A stretch of 64,000 nucleotides of DNA from Escherichia phage SP15. Below the pieces are notes generated by a model. The model saw only the letters and a list, made by a program, of their open reading frames with translations. It was not told the DNA's origin and did not search any database. Position 1 is the first letter of the stretch; each line of letters begins with the position of its first letter. The stretch lies in sequence record AP019559, one strand, 5' to 3'. This document shows positions 35,437 to 44,489 of this stretch, piece after piece. A program made the translations under genes and the position numbers.

Positions 35437-36909
35437 ATGACCTTGTTTAACGTGCAAGCTGTAGTGTTGAAGATGCTTCTAGCTTCCGAACAGAAGCAAA
35501 TAGCATTGGAAACATTCTCAAAACTGCATAAAGATCATTTTAATGACGCTTTCTCCTCAATTTACCAAGCCGTCCAGAATTATTATAAAAAATATAACAC
35601 AATGCCGTCCATTGACGCACTGATGCTTGAGGCTAATAGGAACGCCCGCCTTTCTCAAGCTCTAGTCGTTTTAGCTAACACTCAAATTCCAGAAGTTAGC
35701 ATGGAACAGGCACTTGAAGTCCTAGAAGCCGAGTATACACAGGATTTATTCCTGAAGCTTCTAGAAACAGACGTGCTTCAAGATTTAACAATGCTGGATC
35801 AGGGAGAAATTCTTAACCGAGTTGCCTCCCTTCACTTAAAATTAGAAGAGAAAGTAACGAATACTGGAAAAGTATTCAACGCAGATAACATGCGTATTTT
35901 CCAGAGAGAAGAAGATACCAAACTGAACTTAATCGCTCTTGGTATCTGTAATGAGTTCGACGCTCAAATTGGTTTAGCTCGCACAGAAACGTTACTGCTT
36001 GGTGGTTGGCGTGGTACTGGTAAATCCATTATCTGTTCAAACATACAGGTTCAGCAATATTTGAATGGGGATATTGCTCCATACTTCTCAATTGAGATGA
36101 AAGAACATGAAGTATTTAGACGTAATCTAGCCATGTTAGCTGGTGTATCCGCACTAGCAATGCGTAATAATACTCTAGAAGGCGCAGCTCTGTTGAGATT
36201 AGCCAGAACTAGAGCTAGGATGTTTAATGGTGGTGAAGAGCTTTTCGATAACTTCGTTAAACAGTACACAATGGCTAAGATGAGTGATTTCTACGATATG
36301 GAAAGTAAGCTAATAGAAGGGTATGAACTACATACTCCTATGATTATTGTTTATGATCCTGAGCTGTCTATTACAACAGTTGACGTAGAATTAAATAAAT
36401 TAGTTGCTAGATATGGGGATAAAGTTACAGTAGCTTTACTGGACTATATTAACCAAACCCGACTTCCAGATTCTAAAACCATTGATATGTATGACTGGAA
36501 AGAACAGATGGTTGTTAGCTCGTCTTTCAAATCTATCTGCCAGAAACATAACGTGGCTGGCGTAGCTCCTTACCAGATCGATCAAGATGGTAGAACACGT
36601 ATGTCAAAAGGGATTCTTGATTCCGCAGACATGGCTGCTAATCTTAATGCTGCAAAAGCTGATAATGGTCAAGGTGCTATTATGTTTGACTTCGTTAAGA
36701 CTCGTTCTTCTGATAGCGTGAAGTTTATGCCTAAAATGAACTGGGAAACCCTGCGGATGGATAATACTACCAACCTAGCAATGGAAGATATATCTCAAAT
36801 GGAAGCTGAGTTCGTTATCCCTATTGAGAAGGATAAGCCGGCTCAATCTAAACGTGCTAAGAAAGACAAAGCTGAAAATTCAACAGGTGAACAGGCCAGC
36901 GATATATGA
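35437..36909 (+). CDS. DnaB-like replicative helicase
   Basis: RecA-fold Walker A GGWRGTGKS and Walker B-like block; start uncertain (ATG 35437 or TTG 35443) because the track start lies in the upstream terminator hairpin. Confidence 0.65.
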   Translation: MTLFNVQAVVLKMLLASEQKQIALETFSKLHKDHFNDAFSSIYQAVQNYYKKYNTMPSIDALMLEANRNARLSQALVVLANTQIPEVSMEQALEVLEAEYTQDLFLKLLETDVLQDLTMLDQGEILNRVASLHLKLEEKVTNTGKVFNADNMRIFQREEDTKLNLIALGICNEFDAQIGLARTETLLLGGWRGTGKSIICSNIQVQQYLNGDIAPYFSIEMKEHEVFRRNLAMLAGVSALAMRNNTLEGAALLRLARTRARMFNGGEELFDNFVKQYTMAKMSDFYDMESKLIEGYELHTPMIIVYDPELSITTVDVELNKLVARYGDKVTVALLDYINQTRLPDSKTIDMYDWKEQMVVSSSFKSICQKHNVAGVAPYQIDQDGRTRMSKGILDSADMAANLNAAKADNGQGAIMFDFVKTRSSDSVKFMPKMNWETLRMDNTTNLAMEDISQMEAEFVIPIEKDKPAQSKRAKKDKAENSTGEQASDI

Positions 36910-37439
36910 TAACACAGGAAAGGCTAAAAGAGTTATTTGATTACTCCCCAGAAACTGGGGAGTTTACTAGAAAAGTATCTAGAGGTAATCAGAAAGCTGG
37001 TAGTATAATAACCAGAAAAGACTCTAACGGTTATATAATTATTGGTATAGATGGCAAGGGTTACAAAGCCCATCGGATGGCTTTTCTATTTATGGAAAAT
37101 ACATTGCCGGAAAAAGTAGACCATGTAAACAGAATACCTTTTGATAATAGGTGGTGTAATCTAAGAGACGCCACAGCTCAGGAAAATAGTAGAAATAAAA
37201 CCGCATGTAGTAAGTCTGGATATTTGGGAGTTGCTTGGGATATCGAAAAACAAAGATGGAGAGTTCAAGTAAGAGACTCTAATAGCACTCTTAAAAATGG
37301 TGGCAGATTTAAGTATGAAGAGCTAGAGCTAGCTGTAAATTCAGCAAATATATTAAGGACTAAGTTACATGGAGAACGTGCTGTTATAGAAATTTTTGAT
37401 ACATCCAATTATCCTTCACTGGAGGAGTTAAATTCATGA
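36906..37439 (+). CDS. HNH homing endonuclease (HNH_3 plus AP2-like domain)
   Basis: YKAHRMAFLFMENTLPEKVDHVNRIPFDNRWCNLR; paralogous to 26062..26514. Confidence 0.65.
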   Translation: MITQERLKELFDYSPETGEFTRKVSRGNQKAGSIITRKDSNGYIIIGIDGKGYKAHRMAFLFMENTLPEKVDHVNRIPFDNRWCNLRDATAQENSRNKTACSKSGYLGVAWDIEKQRWRVQVRDSNSTLKNGGRFKYEELELAVNSANILRTKLHGERAVIEIFDTSNYPSLEELNS

Positions 37440-38326
37440 GTCGAATAACAGAATTACTTGATCTTAAGGGAATTGAGTATAAAGATACTGGTGGAGATAT
37501 TTTAATCTGTTGTCTCAATCCAGATCATGACGATAAACACCCAAGTTTGCGTATTGACCCTGAAACAGGTATTATGCACTGCTTGAGTTGTGGCTTCGGT
37601 AAAGGTATACCGAGCATTTACCATTATTTTAATGAGACTCAGTACCGACAGTCCCCAAGGCTATCACAAGTACGTAAAAAGATTTCAGAGATTAGGAATG
37701 GATCAACGAATCTTGCAATTCCTGAATCTGCTTACCTTTTTGAAGGTGATTTCCGAGGTATAAGTTCTAAGACCTTGAAGAAATATTTTGCTTTCCAACA
37801 CCAAGCAGACTGGGAAGGCAGAATCGTATTCCCAATCACAGATGCTGTTGGACGCAATATCCTATTTTTGGGTCGTTCTATAAACAGTTCTGCCCCTCCT
37901 AAATACTTAGTAAAACCAAAACAAGTTTCACCGCCAATTTTTCCTGTACGATATAATACTCCAGTTCTTATTCTAGTTGAAGGCATCTTTGATATGCTGA
38001 ACCTAGAGGATAATGGTATAGACTACGCTTCTTGCTGCTTTGGTACACATCAGTTTACTTCGGATAACATTGCAGATAAGTTCAGTCCTTATATTATTGC
38101 CGGTGTAAAAGTTGTTGTTATCTTACTAGATAATGATGCTTCTGGTAATAAAGCTGCACAAGCATTGGCCAAGCTAATTCGTACAAAAACGCGTTTAACA
38201 CCTGTAGTTGCTAACTTTCTTCTGCCTGAAGGTAAAGACCCGGGTGACTTAAATAAAGAAGAGATTGATATGTTAGCAAAACGTATTGAAATTTTAGTTG
38301 CTGAATCGCTTAAAGATTTGGTATAA
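37436..38326 (+). CDS. DNA primase (Zn-ribbon plus Toprim)
   Basis: CCLNPDHDDKHPSL...CLSCGFGKG Zn-binding; Toprim LILVEGIFDML...LLDNDASGNKAA. Confidence 0.8.
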   Translation: MSRITELLDLKGIEYKDTGGDILICCLNPDHDDKHPSLRIDPETGIMHCLSCGFGKGIPSIYHYFNETQYRQSPRLSQVRKKISEIRNGSTNLAIPESAYLFEGDFRGISSKTLKKYFAFQHQADWEGRIVFPITDAVGRNILFLGRSINSSAPPKYLVKPKQVSPPIFPVRYNTPVLILVEGIFDMLNLEDNGIDYASCCFGTHQFTSDNIADKFSPYIIAGVKVVVILLDNDASGNKAAQALAKLIRTKTRLTPVVANFLLPEGKDPGDLNKEEIDMLAKRIEILVAESLKDLV

Positions 38327-38352
38327 TAGTCCTAAATAACTGAGGAGCTACT

Positions 38353-38682
38353 ATGGAATATGTATATATTTACGAGGATGTTCCAGTATACGATAGTATA
38401 ACACACGAAGAGGTTAAACTAGAGCTGTTTACAGTACTAGAGTCCCTTAATAAACGGAAGGATTTTCATTTATTTGGTGATCCTAAATTACCTGCATCTT
38501 ATATTTTCTTTAAAGTAAAAGATACAGGTCAAGAGGTGTATCTAACTTATGATTGGGCTGTTGTAGAAAATACTGAGCAATCTATGAAAGTGTTAGGTGC
38601 TTTTCTGCGTATAGTTGAAGAATTTCAGGCACTAGAAAAGCAGCGCAATGAAATGCGTAAATTACTACATACCTATAAATAG
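38353..38682 (+). CDS. hypothetical protein
   Basis: 109-aa ORF. Confidence 0.5.
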   Translation: MEYVYIYEDVPVYDSITHEEVKLELFTVLESLNKRKDFHLFGDPKLPASYIFFKVKDTGQEVYLTYDWAVVENTEQSMKVLGAFLRIVEEFQALEKQRNEMRKLLHTYK

Positions 38683-38685
38683 TAT

Positions 38686-38714
38686 TTGCTATTATCCCAA
38701 TATTTTGATATAAT
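38686..38714 (+). promoter_or_regulatory. T5-type early promoter for DNA polymerase gene
   Basis: TTGCTA-17 nt-TATAAT. Confidence 0.55.
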
Positions 38715-38717
38715 ATA

Positions 38718-38762
38718 TTGGTAAGTTAGAGAAGAAACACTGAAGTTATACTTACTTACCAA
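38718..38762 (+). promoter_or_regulatory. 5' UTR stem-loop immediately upstream of the DNA polymerase SD (candidate translational operator)
   Basis: Perfect 9-bp stem TTGGTAAGT/ACTTACCAA, 27-nt loop, ends 1 nt before AGAGGAG and the TTG start. Confidence 0.45.
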
Positions 38763-38775
38763 GAGGAGATTAAAT

Positions 38776-41343
38776 TTGAAAATCGCAGTAGTTGATAAAG
38801 CCCTAAATAACACTCGTTATGATAAACATTTCCAGCTATACGGCGAGGAAGTTGATGTATTCCATATGTGTAACGAGAAGTTGTCCGGTCGTTTGCTCAA
38901 AAAGCATATTACTATCGGGACTCCGGAAAACCCATTTGACCCGAATGATTATGATTTTGTTATACTGGTAGGTGCCGAACCTTTCCTGTACTTTGCAGGT
39001 AAAAAAGGTATTGGTGATTATACCGGTAAACGTGTAGAGTATAATGGGTATGCTAACTGGATTGCGAGTATCAGCCCAGCCCAGTTACACTTTAAACCTG
39101 AAATGAAACCAGTTTTTGATGCAACAGTAGAGAATATCCACGATATTATCAATGGTCGTGAGAAGATTGCAAAAGCTGGTGATTACCGTCCTATTACTGA
39201 CCCTGATGAGGCAGAAGAATATATCAAGATGGTGTATAATATGGTTATCGGACCTGTCGCATTCGACTCCGAAACCTCAGCACTATACTGTCGAGATGGT
39301 TATCTGCTTGGTGTTTCTATTTCTCACCAAGAGTATCAGGGTGTATATATCGATTCTGATTGTCTCACAGAGGTTGCAGTATATTACCTCCAGAAAATTC
39401 TGGATAGTGAAAACCACACTATTGTTTTTCACAACTTGAAGTTTGATATGCACTTTTATAAGTACCATCTGGGACTTACTTTTGATAAAGCACATAAAGA
39501 ACGCAGGCTCCATGATACCATGTTGCAGCACTATGTTCTAGATGAACGTCGGGGTACTCATGGCTTGAAATCTCTAGCAATGAAGTATACCGATATGGGT
39601 GACTATGACTTCGAACTAGATAAGTTCAAAGATGATTACTGCAAAGCACATAAAATCAAGAAAGAAGATTTCACCTATGATTTAATTCCGTTTGATATTA
39701 TGTGGCCTTACGCTGCGAAAGATACAGATGCCACCATACGTTTGCACAACTTCTTCTTACCAAAAATTGAGAAGAATGAAAAACTTTGCAGTCTGTATTA
39801 CGATGTTTTGATGCCTGGTTGCGTATTCTTGCAACGTGTTGAAGATCGTGGTGTACCTATTTCTATTGATCGTTTAAAAGAAGCTCAATATCAGTTAACC
39901 CATAATCTGAATAAGGCCCGTGAGAAACTGTACACTTATCCAGAAGTTAAACAGCTAGAACAAGATCAGAATGAAGCATTTAACCCAAACTCTGTTAAGC
40001 AGCTACGTGTTCTTCTGTTTGATTACGTTGGCTTAACTCCAACAGGTAAACTGACGGATACTGGAGCAGATTCTACGGATGCAGAAGCTCTAAATGAACT
40101 GGCTACGCAGCATCCAATTGCTAAAACTCTGCTAGAGATTCGTAAGCTGACTAAGCTGATCTCTACTTATGTTGAGAAGATTCTACTGAGTATTGATGCA
40201 GATGGTTGCATTCGTACTGGTTTCCATGAACATATGACTACTTCTGGTCGTCTGAGTTCTTCTGGTAAACTGAACCTGCAACAGTTACCTCGTGATGAAT
40301 CTATTATCAAGGGTTGTGTAGTAGCTCCTCCGGGGTATCGTGTAATCGCATGGGACTTAACAACTGCGGAAGTTTATTATGCTGCTGTTCTATCTGGGGA
40401 TAGAAATATGCAACAAGTATTTATCAACATGAGAAATGAACCTGATAAATACCCTGACTTCCACTCTAACATCGCACACATGGTATTTAAGCTCCAATGC
40501 GAACCTCGTGATGTTAAAAAGTTATTCCCAGCTCTGCGTCAAGCAGCTAAAGCAATTACCTTTGGTATTTTGTATGGTTCTGGCCCAGCTAAAGTAGCTC
40601 ATTCTGTTAACGAAGCTCTTCTGGAGCAGGCTGCTAAGACAGGCGAACCGTTTGTAGAGTGTACTGTTGCAGATGCTAAAGAGTACATTGAAACTTACTT
40701 CGGTCAGTTCCCGCAGCTTAAGCGTTGGATTGATAAGTGCCACGATCAGATCAAGAATCATGGATTTATCTACAGTCACTTTGGTCGTAAACGTCGTCTG
40801 CATAATATCCACTCCGAAGACCGTGGTGTTCAGGGTGAAGAAATCCGTTCTGGATTTAACGCAATCATTCAGTCTGCTTCTTCTGATAGTCTCCTTTTAG
40901 GTGCTGTAGATGCAGATAATGAGATCATTTCTCTTGGCCTAGAACAAGAGATGAAGATTGTTATGCTGGTTCATGACTCCGTAGTTGCTATTGTTCGTGA
41001 AGACTTGATTGATCAATACAATGAAATCCTGATTCGTAATATTCAGAAAGACCGTGGTATCAGTATTCCTGGCTGTCCGATTGGTATTGATTCAGATTCT
41101 GAAGCTGGAGGTTCTCGTGACTATTCTTGCGGTAAGATGAAGAAACAGCACCCATCAATCGCTTGTATTGATGATGATGAATATACTCGTTATGTTAAAG
41201 AAATGCTACTTGATGCAGATTTCGAGTATAAGAAATTAGCTGCAATGGATAAAGAGCATCCAGATCATAGCAAGTACAAGGATGATAAGTTTATTGCTGT
41301 ATGTAAAGATCTGGATAACGTGAAAAGGATTCTCGGTGCTTAA
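38776..41343 (+). CDS. DNA polymerase, family A, with 3'-5' exonuclease domain
   Basis: Exo motif VAFDSETSALY, Pol A motifs; TTG start 38776 after AAGAGGAG. Confidence 0.9.
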   Translation: MKIAVVDKALNNTRYDKHFQLYGEEVDVFHMCNEKLSGRLLKKHITIGTPENPFDPNDYDFVILVGAEPFLYFAGKKGIGDYTGKRVEYNGYANWIASISPAQLHFKPEMKPVFDATVENIHDIINGREKIAKAGDYRPITDPDEAEEYIKMVYNMVIGPVAFDSETSALYCRDGYLLGVSISHQEYQGVYIDSDCLTEVAVYYLQKILDSENHTIVFHNLKFDMHFYKYHLGLTFDKAHKERRLHDTMLQHYVLDERRGTHGLKSLAMKYTDMGDYDFELDKFKDDYCKAHKIKKEDFTYDLIPFDIMWPYAAKDTDATIRLHNFFLPKIEKNEKLCSLYYDVLMPGCVFLQRVEDRGVPISIDRLKEAQYQLTHNLNKAREKLYTYPEVKQLEQDQNEAFNPNSVKQLRVLLFDYVGLTPTGKLTDTGADSTDAEALNELATQHPIAKTLLEIRKLTKLISTYVEKILLSIDADGCIRTGFHEHMTTSGRLSSSGKLNLQQLPRDESIIKGCVVAPPGYRVIAWDLTTAEVYYAAVLSGDRNMQQVFINMRNEPDKYPDFHSNIAHMVFKLQCEPRDVKKLFPALRQAAKAITFGILYGSGPAKVAHSVNEALLEQAAKTGEPFVECTVADAKEYIETYFGQFPQLKRWIDKCHDQIKNHGFIYSHFGRKRRLHNIHSEDRGVQGEEIRSGFNAIIQSASSDSLLLGAVDADNEIISLGLEQEMKIVMLVHDSVVAIVREDLIDQYNEILIRNIQKDRGISIPGCPIGIDSDSEAGGSRDYSCGKMKKQHPSIACIDDDEYTRYVKEMLLDADFEYKKLAAMDKEHPDHSKYKDDKFIAVCKDLDNVKRILGA

Positions 41344-41833
41344 TTTCAAATTGCCCGTCTATGCGTTACGGGCGTTTGTATCAATTGAGCAAGAAGGTGA
41401 TTATTCCGTAATTACAACAAGATATAATAAATATGTGCTAGATAACAGGAAGTTGCCTGGCACGTTTTCTCAACGTAGGCTTATTCTATTTGAGAAACGG
41501 AAAGAATTACCATACAAGCTCTATCCTATTAGAGGTAGAATATCAATGTTGTCTCAATTAGTTGGGTCAAAGCGTAACCAATTTATAGATTCTGATGGAA
41601 ATCTTATTAATTGGAAGAAAACTACGTTCTACGATGTTGTCACCTCTAAAGTTTTGCATTCAGCTAGAATTTATAATGGAAAATACCAATGCTATGTGGC
41701 TAAAGTCCCTTATCCATTTGTATTATCCTATGTTCCAGCTTATATAAGCTATATTCTGGTAAATAATAGCCCTGTTATTTATCAAGTCCATCAAGAGGAG
41801 CCTGAAATTCCTAGACTTAGAATAAAATTATGA
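41336..41833 (+). CDS. hypothetical protein (no in-frame ATG until codon 69; GTG start)
   Basis: GTG 41336 after AAAGGA; translationally coupled to downstream helicase (ATGA overlap). Confidence 0.4.
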   Translation: MLNFKLPVYALRAFVSIEQEGDYSVITTRYNKYVLDNRKLPGTFSQRRLILFEKRKELPYKLYPIRGRISMLSQLVGSKRNQFIDSDGNLINWKKTTFYDVVTSKVLHSARIYNGKYQCYVAKVPYPFVLSYVPAYISYILVNNSPVIYQVHQEEPEIPRLRIKL

Positions 41834-43182
41834 AGGTTGTTATATCTAATAAAGCCTATTTCAAGCCCGATGATGAACTTTGGGATTATTGTAGTAAGCA
41901 AACCACTTATCACATAGAGACAATGACTAGTAAATACCCTATTATGTATAAGAATAGTGGTGTTGTTGCCAAAGAGATTAAGTGGATTCCTATTACGCGT
42001 CTGGACTTACTAGATGCTAAAGGAGTAAAATACGAATTAGTCGATAAACGCACATTAGCTCCGGTAGATATACCAAAACCTAAGTTCAAACTGCGTGAAG
42101 AAGATCAGCTTCCAATATATGAAGAATGCGATGATACCTGTATTATTAATGGTAAGCCTGGATTTGGTAAGACTATTCTAGCCCTTGCACTTGCGTATAA
42201 ATTTGGCCAGAAAACTTTGGTAATCTGTACGAATACATCCATTCGTGAAATGTGGGCGGCAGAAGTTCGTAAATGGTTTGGGTTTGAACCAGGCATCATA
42301 GGTTCTGGGAAATACAATATTGATCCACCAATTGTAGTCAGTAATATTCAAACAGTGAATAAACATGCGAATAATCTTTCTAAAGTATTTGGTACTGTTA
42401 TAGTTGATGAAGTTCACCATTGTGTGGCTACAACTTTCACTAACTTCCTAGAAATATCATGTGCTCGCTATAAAATTGGACTATCCGGCACACTAAAACG
42501 AAAAGATGGTTTACAAGTTATGTTCAAAGATTTCTTTGGATATAAGATATTTAGCCCGCCGGTTAATAATACTGTTGCACCTACAATCCATAGGTACTCC
42601 GTGCCTGTTGAGCTATCAGGAAACCAAAACGTGCCGTGGGCATTACGTGCTAACGATGTGTATAATCATCCTGAATATCGAGAGACTATTATAAACCTAG
42701 CACATTTATATGTGAATATGGGACATAAAGTACTCATTGTAAGTGATAGAACAGAGTTAATCCAAACAGTACTAGAAGCACTATCTCAGCGAGGAGTCAC
42801 AACCTATGAGATTATTGGCGCAACCCACTTAGATAACCGATTAAAAATTCAGGAAGATATAGCAAAAGGTGGCCCTTGTGTACTTGCAGCAGCTCAAAGT
42901 ATCTTCTCTGAAGGTATTTCCCTTAATGAGCTATCTTGTTTAATAATGGGAAGCCTCATTAATAATGAATCTCTCATTGAACAGCTTGCAGGCCGTGTTC
43001 AACGTATTGTCGATGGTAAACTCGACCCTATTGTTGTAGATCTAATTATGAAAGGTGGCACTGGACTAAGGCAGGCTTCTGGACGGATGGCAGTATATCG
43101 TAACAATGGGTGGAAAACTATTACTATGACTCCTGAGAAAGCAGTTCAATTAGCTAAAATTGCATTTGGCAACAGCTCATAA
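41830..43182 (+). CDS. SF2 DNA helicase (T5 D10-like)
   Basis: Walker A GKPGFGKT, DEAH-like VDEVHH, helicase C-terminal motifs. Confidence 0.8.
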   Translation: MKVVISNKAYFKPDDELWDYCSKQTTYHIETMTSKYPIMYKNSGVVAKEIKWIPITRLDLLDAKGVKYELVDKRTLAPVDIPKPKFKLREEDQLPIYEECDDTCIINGKPGFGKTILALALAYKFGQKTLVICTNTSIREMWAAEVRKWFGFEPGIIGSGKYNIDPPIVVSNIQTVNKHANNLSKVFGTVIVDEVHHCVATTFTNFLEISCARYKIGLSGTLKRKDGLQVMFKDFFGYKIFSPPVNNTVAPTIHRYSVPVELSGNQNVPWALRANDVYNHPEYRETIINLAHLYVNMGHKVLIVSDRTELIQTVLEALSQRGVTTYEIIGATHLDNRLKIQEDIAKGGPCVLAAAQSIFSEGISLNELSCLIMGSLINNESLIEQLAGRVQRIVDGKLDPIVVDLIMKGGTGLRQASGRMAVYRNNGWKTITMTPEKAVQLAKIAFGNSS

Positions 43183-43194
43183 ATGATGTATAAT
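43166..43194 (+). promoter_or_regulatory. promoter copy 1 (no ORF immediately downstream)
   Basis: TTGGCA-17 nt-TATAAT followed by conserved leader ATATACATAAATTTGAGAGAG. Confidence 0.45.
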
Positions 43195-43265
43195 ATATAC
43201 ATAAATTTGAGAGAGAAAGTTTCGGATTGATAAGAAAGTCCGAAGCAGAAAAATAAAAATTTTAG

Positions 43266-43295
43266 TTGCTAAATTCTCTCGAAATCTAGTATAAT
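43266..43295 (+). promoter_or_regulatory. promoter copy 2 upstream of SSB-like gene region
   Basis: TTGCTA-18 nt-TATAAT followed by ATATACATAAATTCGAGGAG. Confidence 0.5.
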
Positions 43296-43402
43296 ATATA
43301 CATAAATTCGAGGAGAAAACAAAAATTAAATTCTTCGATTATGAAAAGCTATACTTACTAGCTAGAGGAAATTCCGACCTAATTATTAAGTTATTCAAAA
43401 GA

Positions 43403-43687
43403 ATGCTTATAGAGCCTGATGCTCACCAATTATTGGTCGGTTCCTCATTCATTTTGAATGAGTCAACAATAGTTGATAATCCAAATAAATTGTCTAATAG
43501 ACAACTGGCAGAATATCTAGGAATTTTAAGTCTACGAAATTATGCCGAATACAAGTTTACAAACGATCCTAGTTTGAACATACAATATGTTCCAGTATGG
43601 ATACCACGTTTAGTAATCGACACTAACCCACTAATCGCAATTAACAAATCGAAATTAATCTTTAAAGAGGAAATAAAATATGGCTAA
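43403..43687 (+). CDS. hypothetical protein (weak; may be 5' UTR)
   Basis: 94-aa ORF without recognisable RBS. Confidence 0.25.
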   Translation: MLIEPDAHQLLVGSSFILNESTIVDNPNKLSNRQLAEYLGILSLRNYAEYKFTNDPSLNIQYVPVWIPRLVIDTNPLIAINKSKLIFKEEIKYG

Positions 43688-44453
43688 GTCTTGGGGCGAA
43701 ACTACTGGCGGTTCTAACGATAAAATCGAATTCCTGAAGTTCAACAACGGTATCACTCGTGTTCGTATCGTTTCTGGTGTTCTTCCACGTTATGTCTATT
43801 GGCTGACTAATAAAGAGGGTAACGTAGCTCCTTTCGAATGTCTCCGTTTTAACCGTGACAAAGAGAGCTTTGTTCGTGGTAAAGCTGATCCAGTTCATGA
43901 GATGGGCTTCTTCGAGAAAGAGCTGGATAAAGATGGTAATCGTGTTCCGCTGAAACCGAAGAAAAACTATATCGCTTTTGTTATCGACCGTTCTGATAAC
44001 AAACTGAAAGTAATGGAAGTCAAGGCTACTATTCTGAAAGGCATCCAGTCTATCATGAAGCAGTTGAATCTGGCAACTCCGTTTGATATTGATATTTCTA
44101 TCGAGAAAAAAGGTAAAGGTTTCGATACTGAGTATGATGTGCAGCAGATTGCTGCTATGCAGTTCCAGATTAAGCTGCAAGACCCTAACAGTGCGGAATC
44201 TAAGCAATATGCTGCGGATGTAGATCTGATCGGTGAAGCTATGTGTGATGAAGATGGCGACATCATTAAGTTCGAAAAAGTTCCTTCTCTGGAACAAACC
44301 TATCCGGTTCCTACCTATGAAGAGCAGAAAGAAGCAATTCAAGCCTTCATGGAAGGTCGTGAGAATAAAGATGATGATGCCAAATCTGGTAATAGCAATG
44401 CAGGCTCCCAGAAAGGTATTGACACAGAAGCTGCAAGCGATCTGGACGACTAA
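43680..44453 (+). CDS. putative ssDNA-binding protein with acidic C-terminal tail; highly expressed codon usage
   Basis: 257 aa, AAGAGGA RBS, acidic tail ending ASDLDD, strong codon bias. Confidence 0.45.
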   Translation: MAKSWGETTGGSNDKIEFLKFNNGITRVRIVSGVLPRYVYWLTNKEGNVAPFECLRFNRDKESFVRGKADPVHEMGFFEKELDKDGNRVPLKPKKNYIAFVIDRSDNKLKVMEVKATILKGIQSIMKQLNLATPFDIDISIEKKGKGFDTEYDVQQIAAMQFQIKLQDPNSAESKQYAADVDLIGEAMCDEDGDIIKFEKVPSLEQTYPVPTYEEQKEAIQAFMEGRENKDDDAKSGNSNAGSQKGIDTEAASDLDD

Positions 44454-44458
44454 TAAAT

Positions 44459-44486
44459 AGAGGGGCTTCGGCCCCTTTCTTTTTAA
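44459..44486 (+). terminator. rho-independent terminator after SSB-like gene
   Basis: AGGGGCTTCGGCCCCT then TTCTTTTT. Confidence 0.65.
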
Positions 44487-44489
44487 CAA

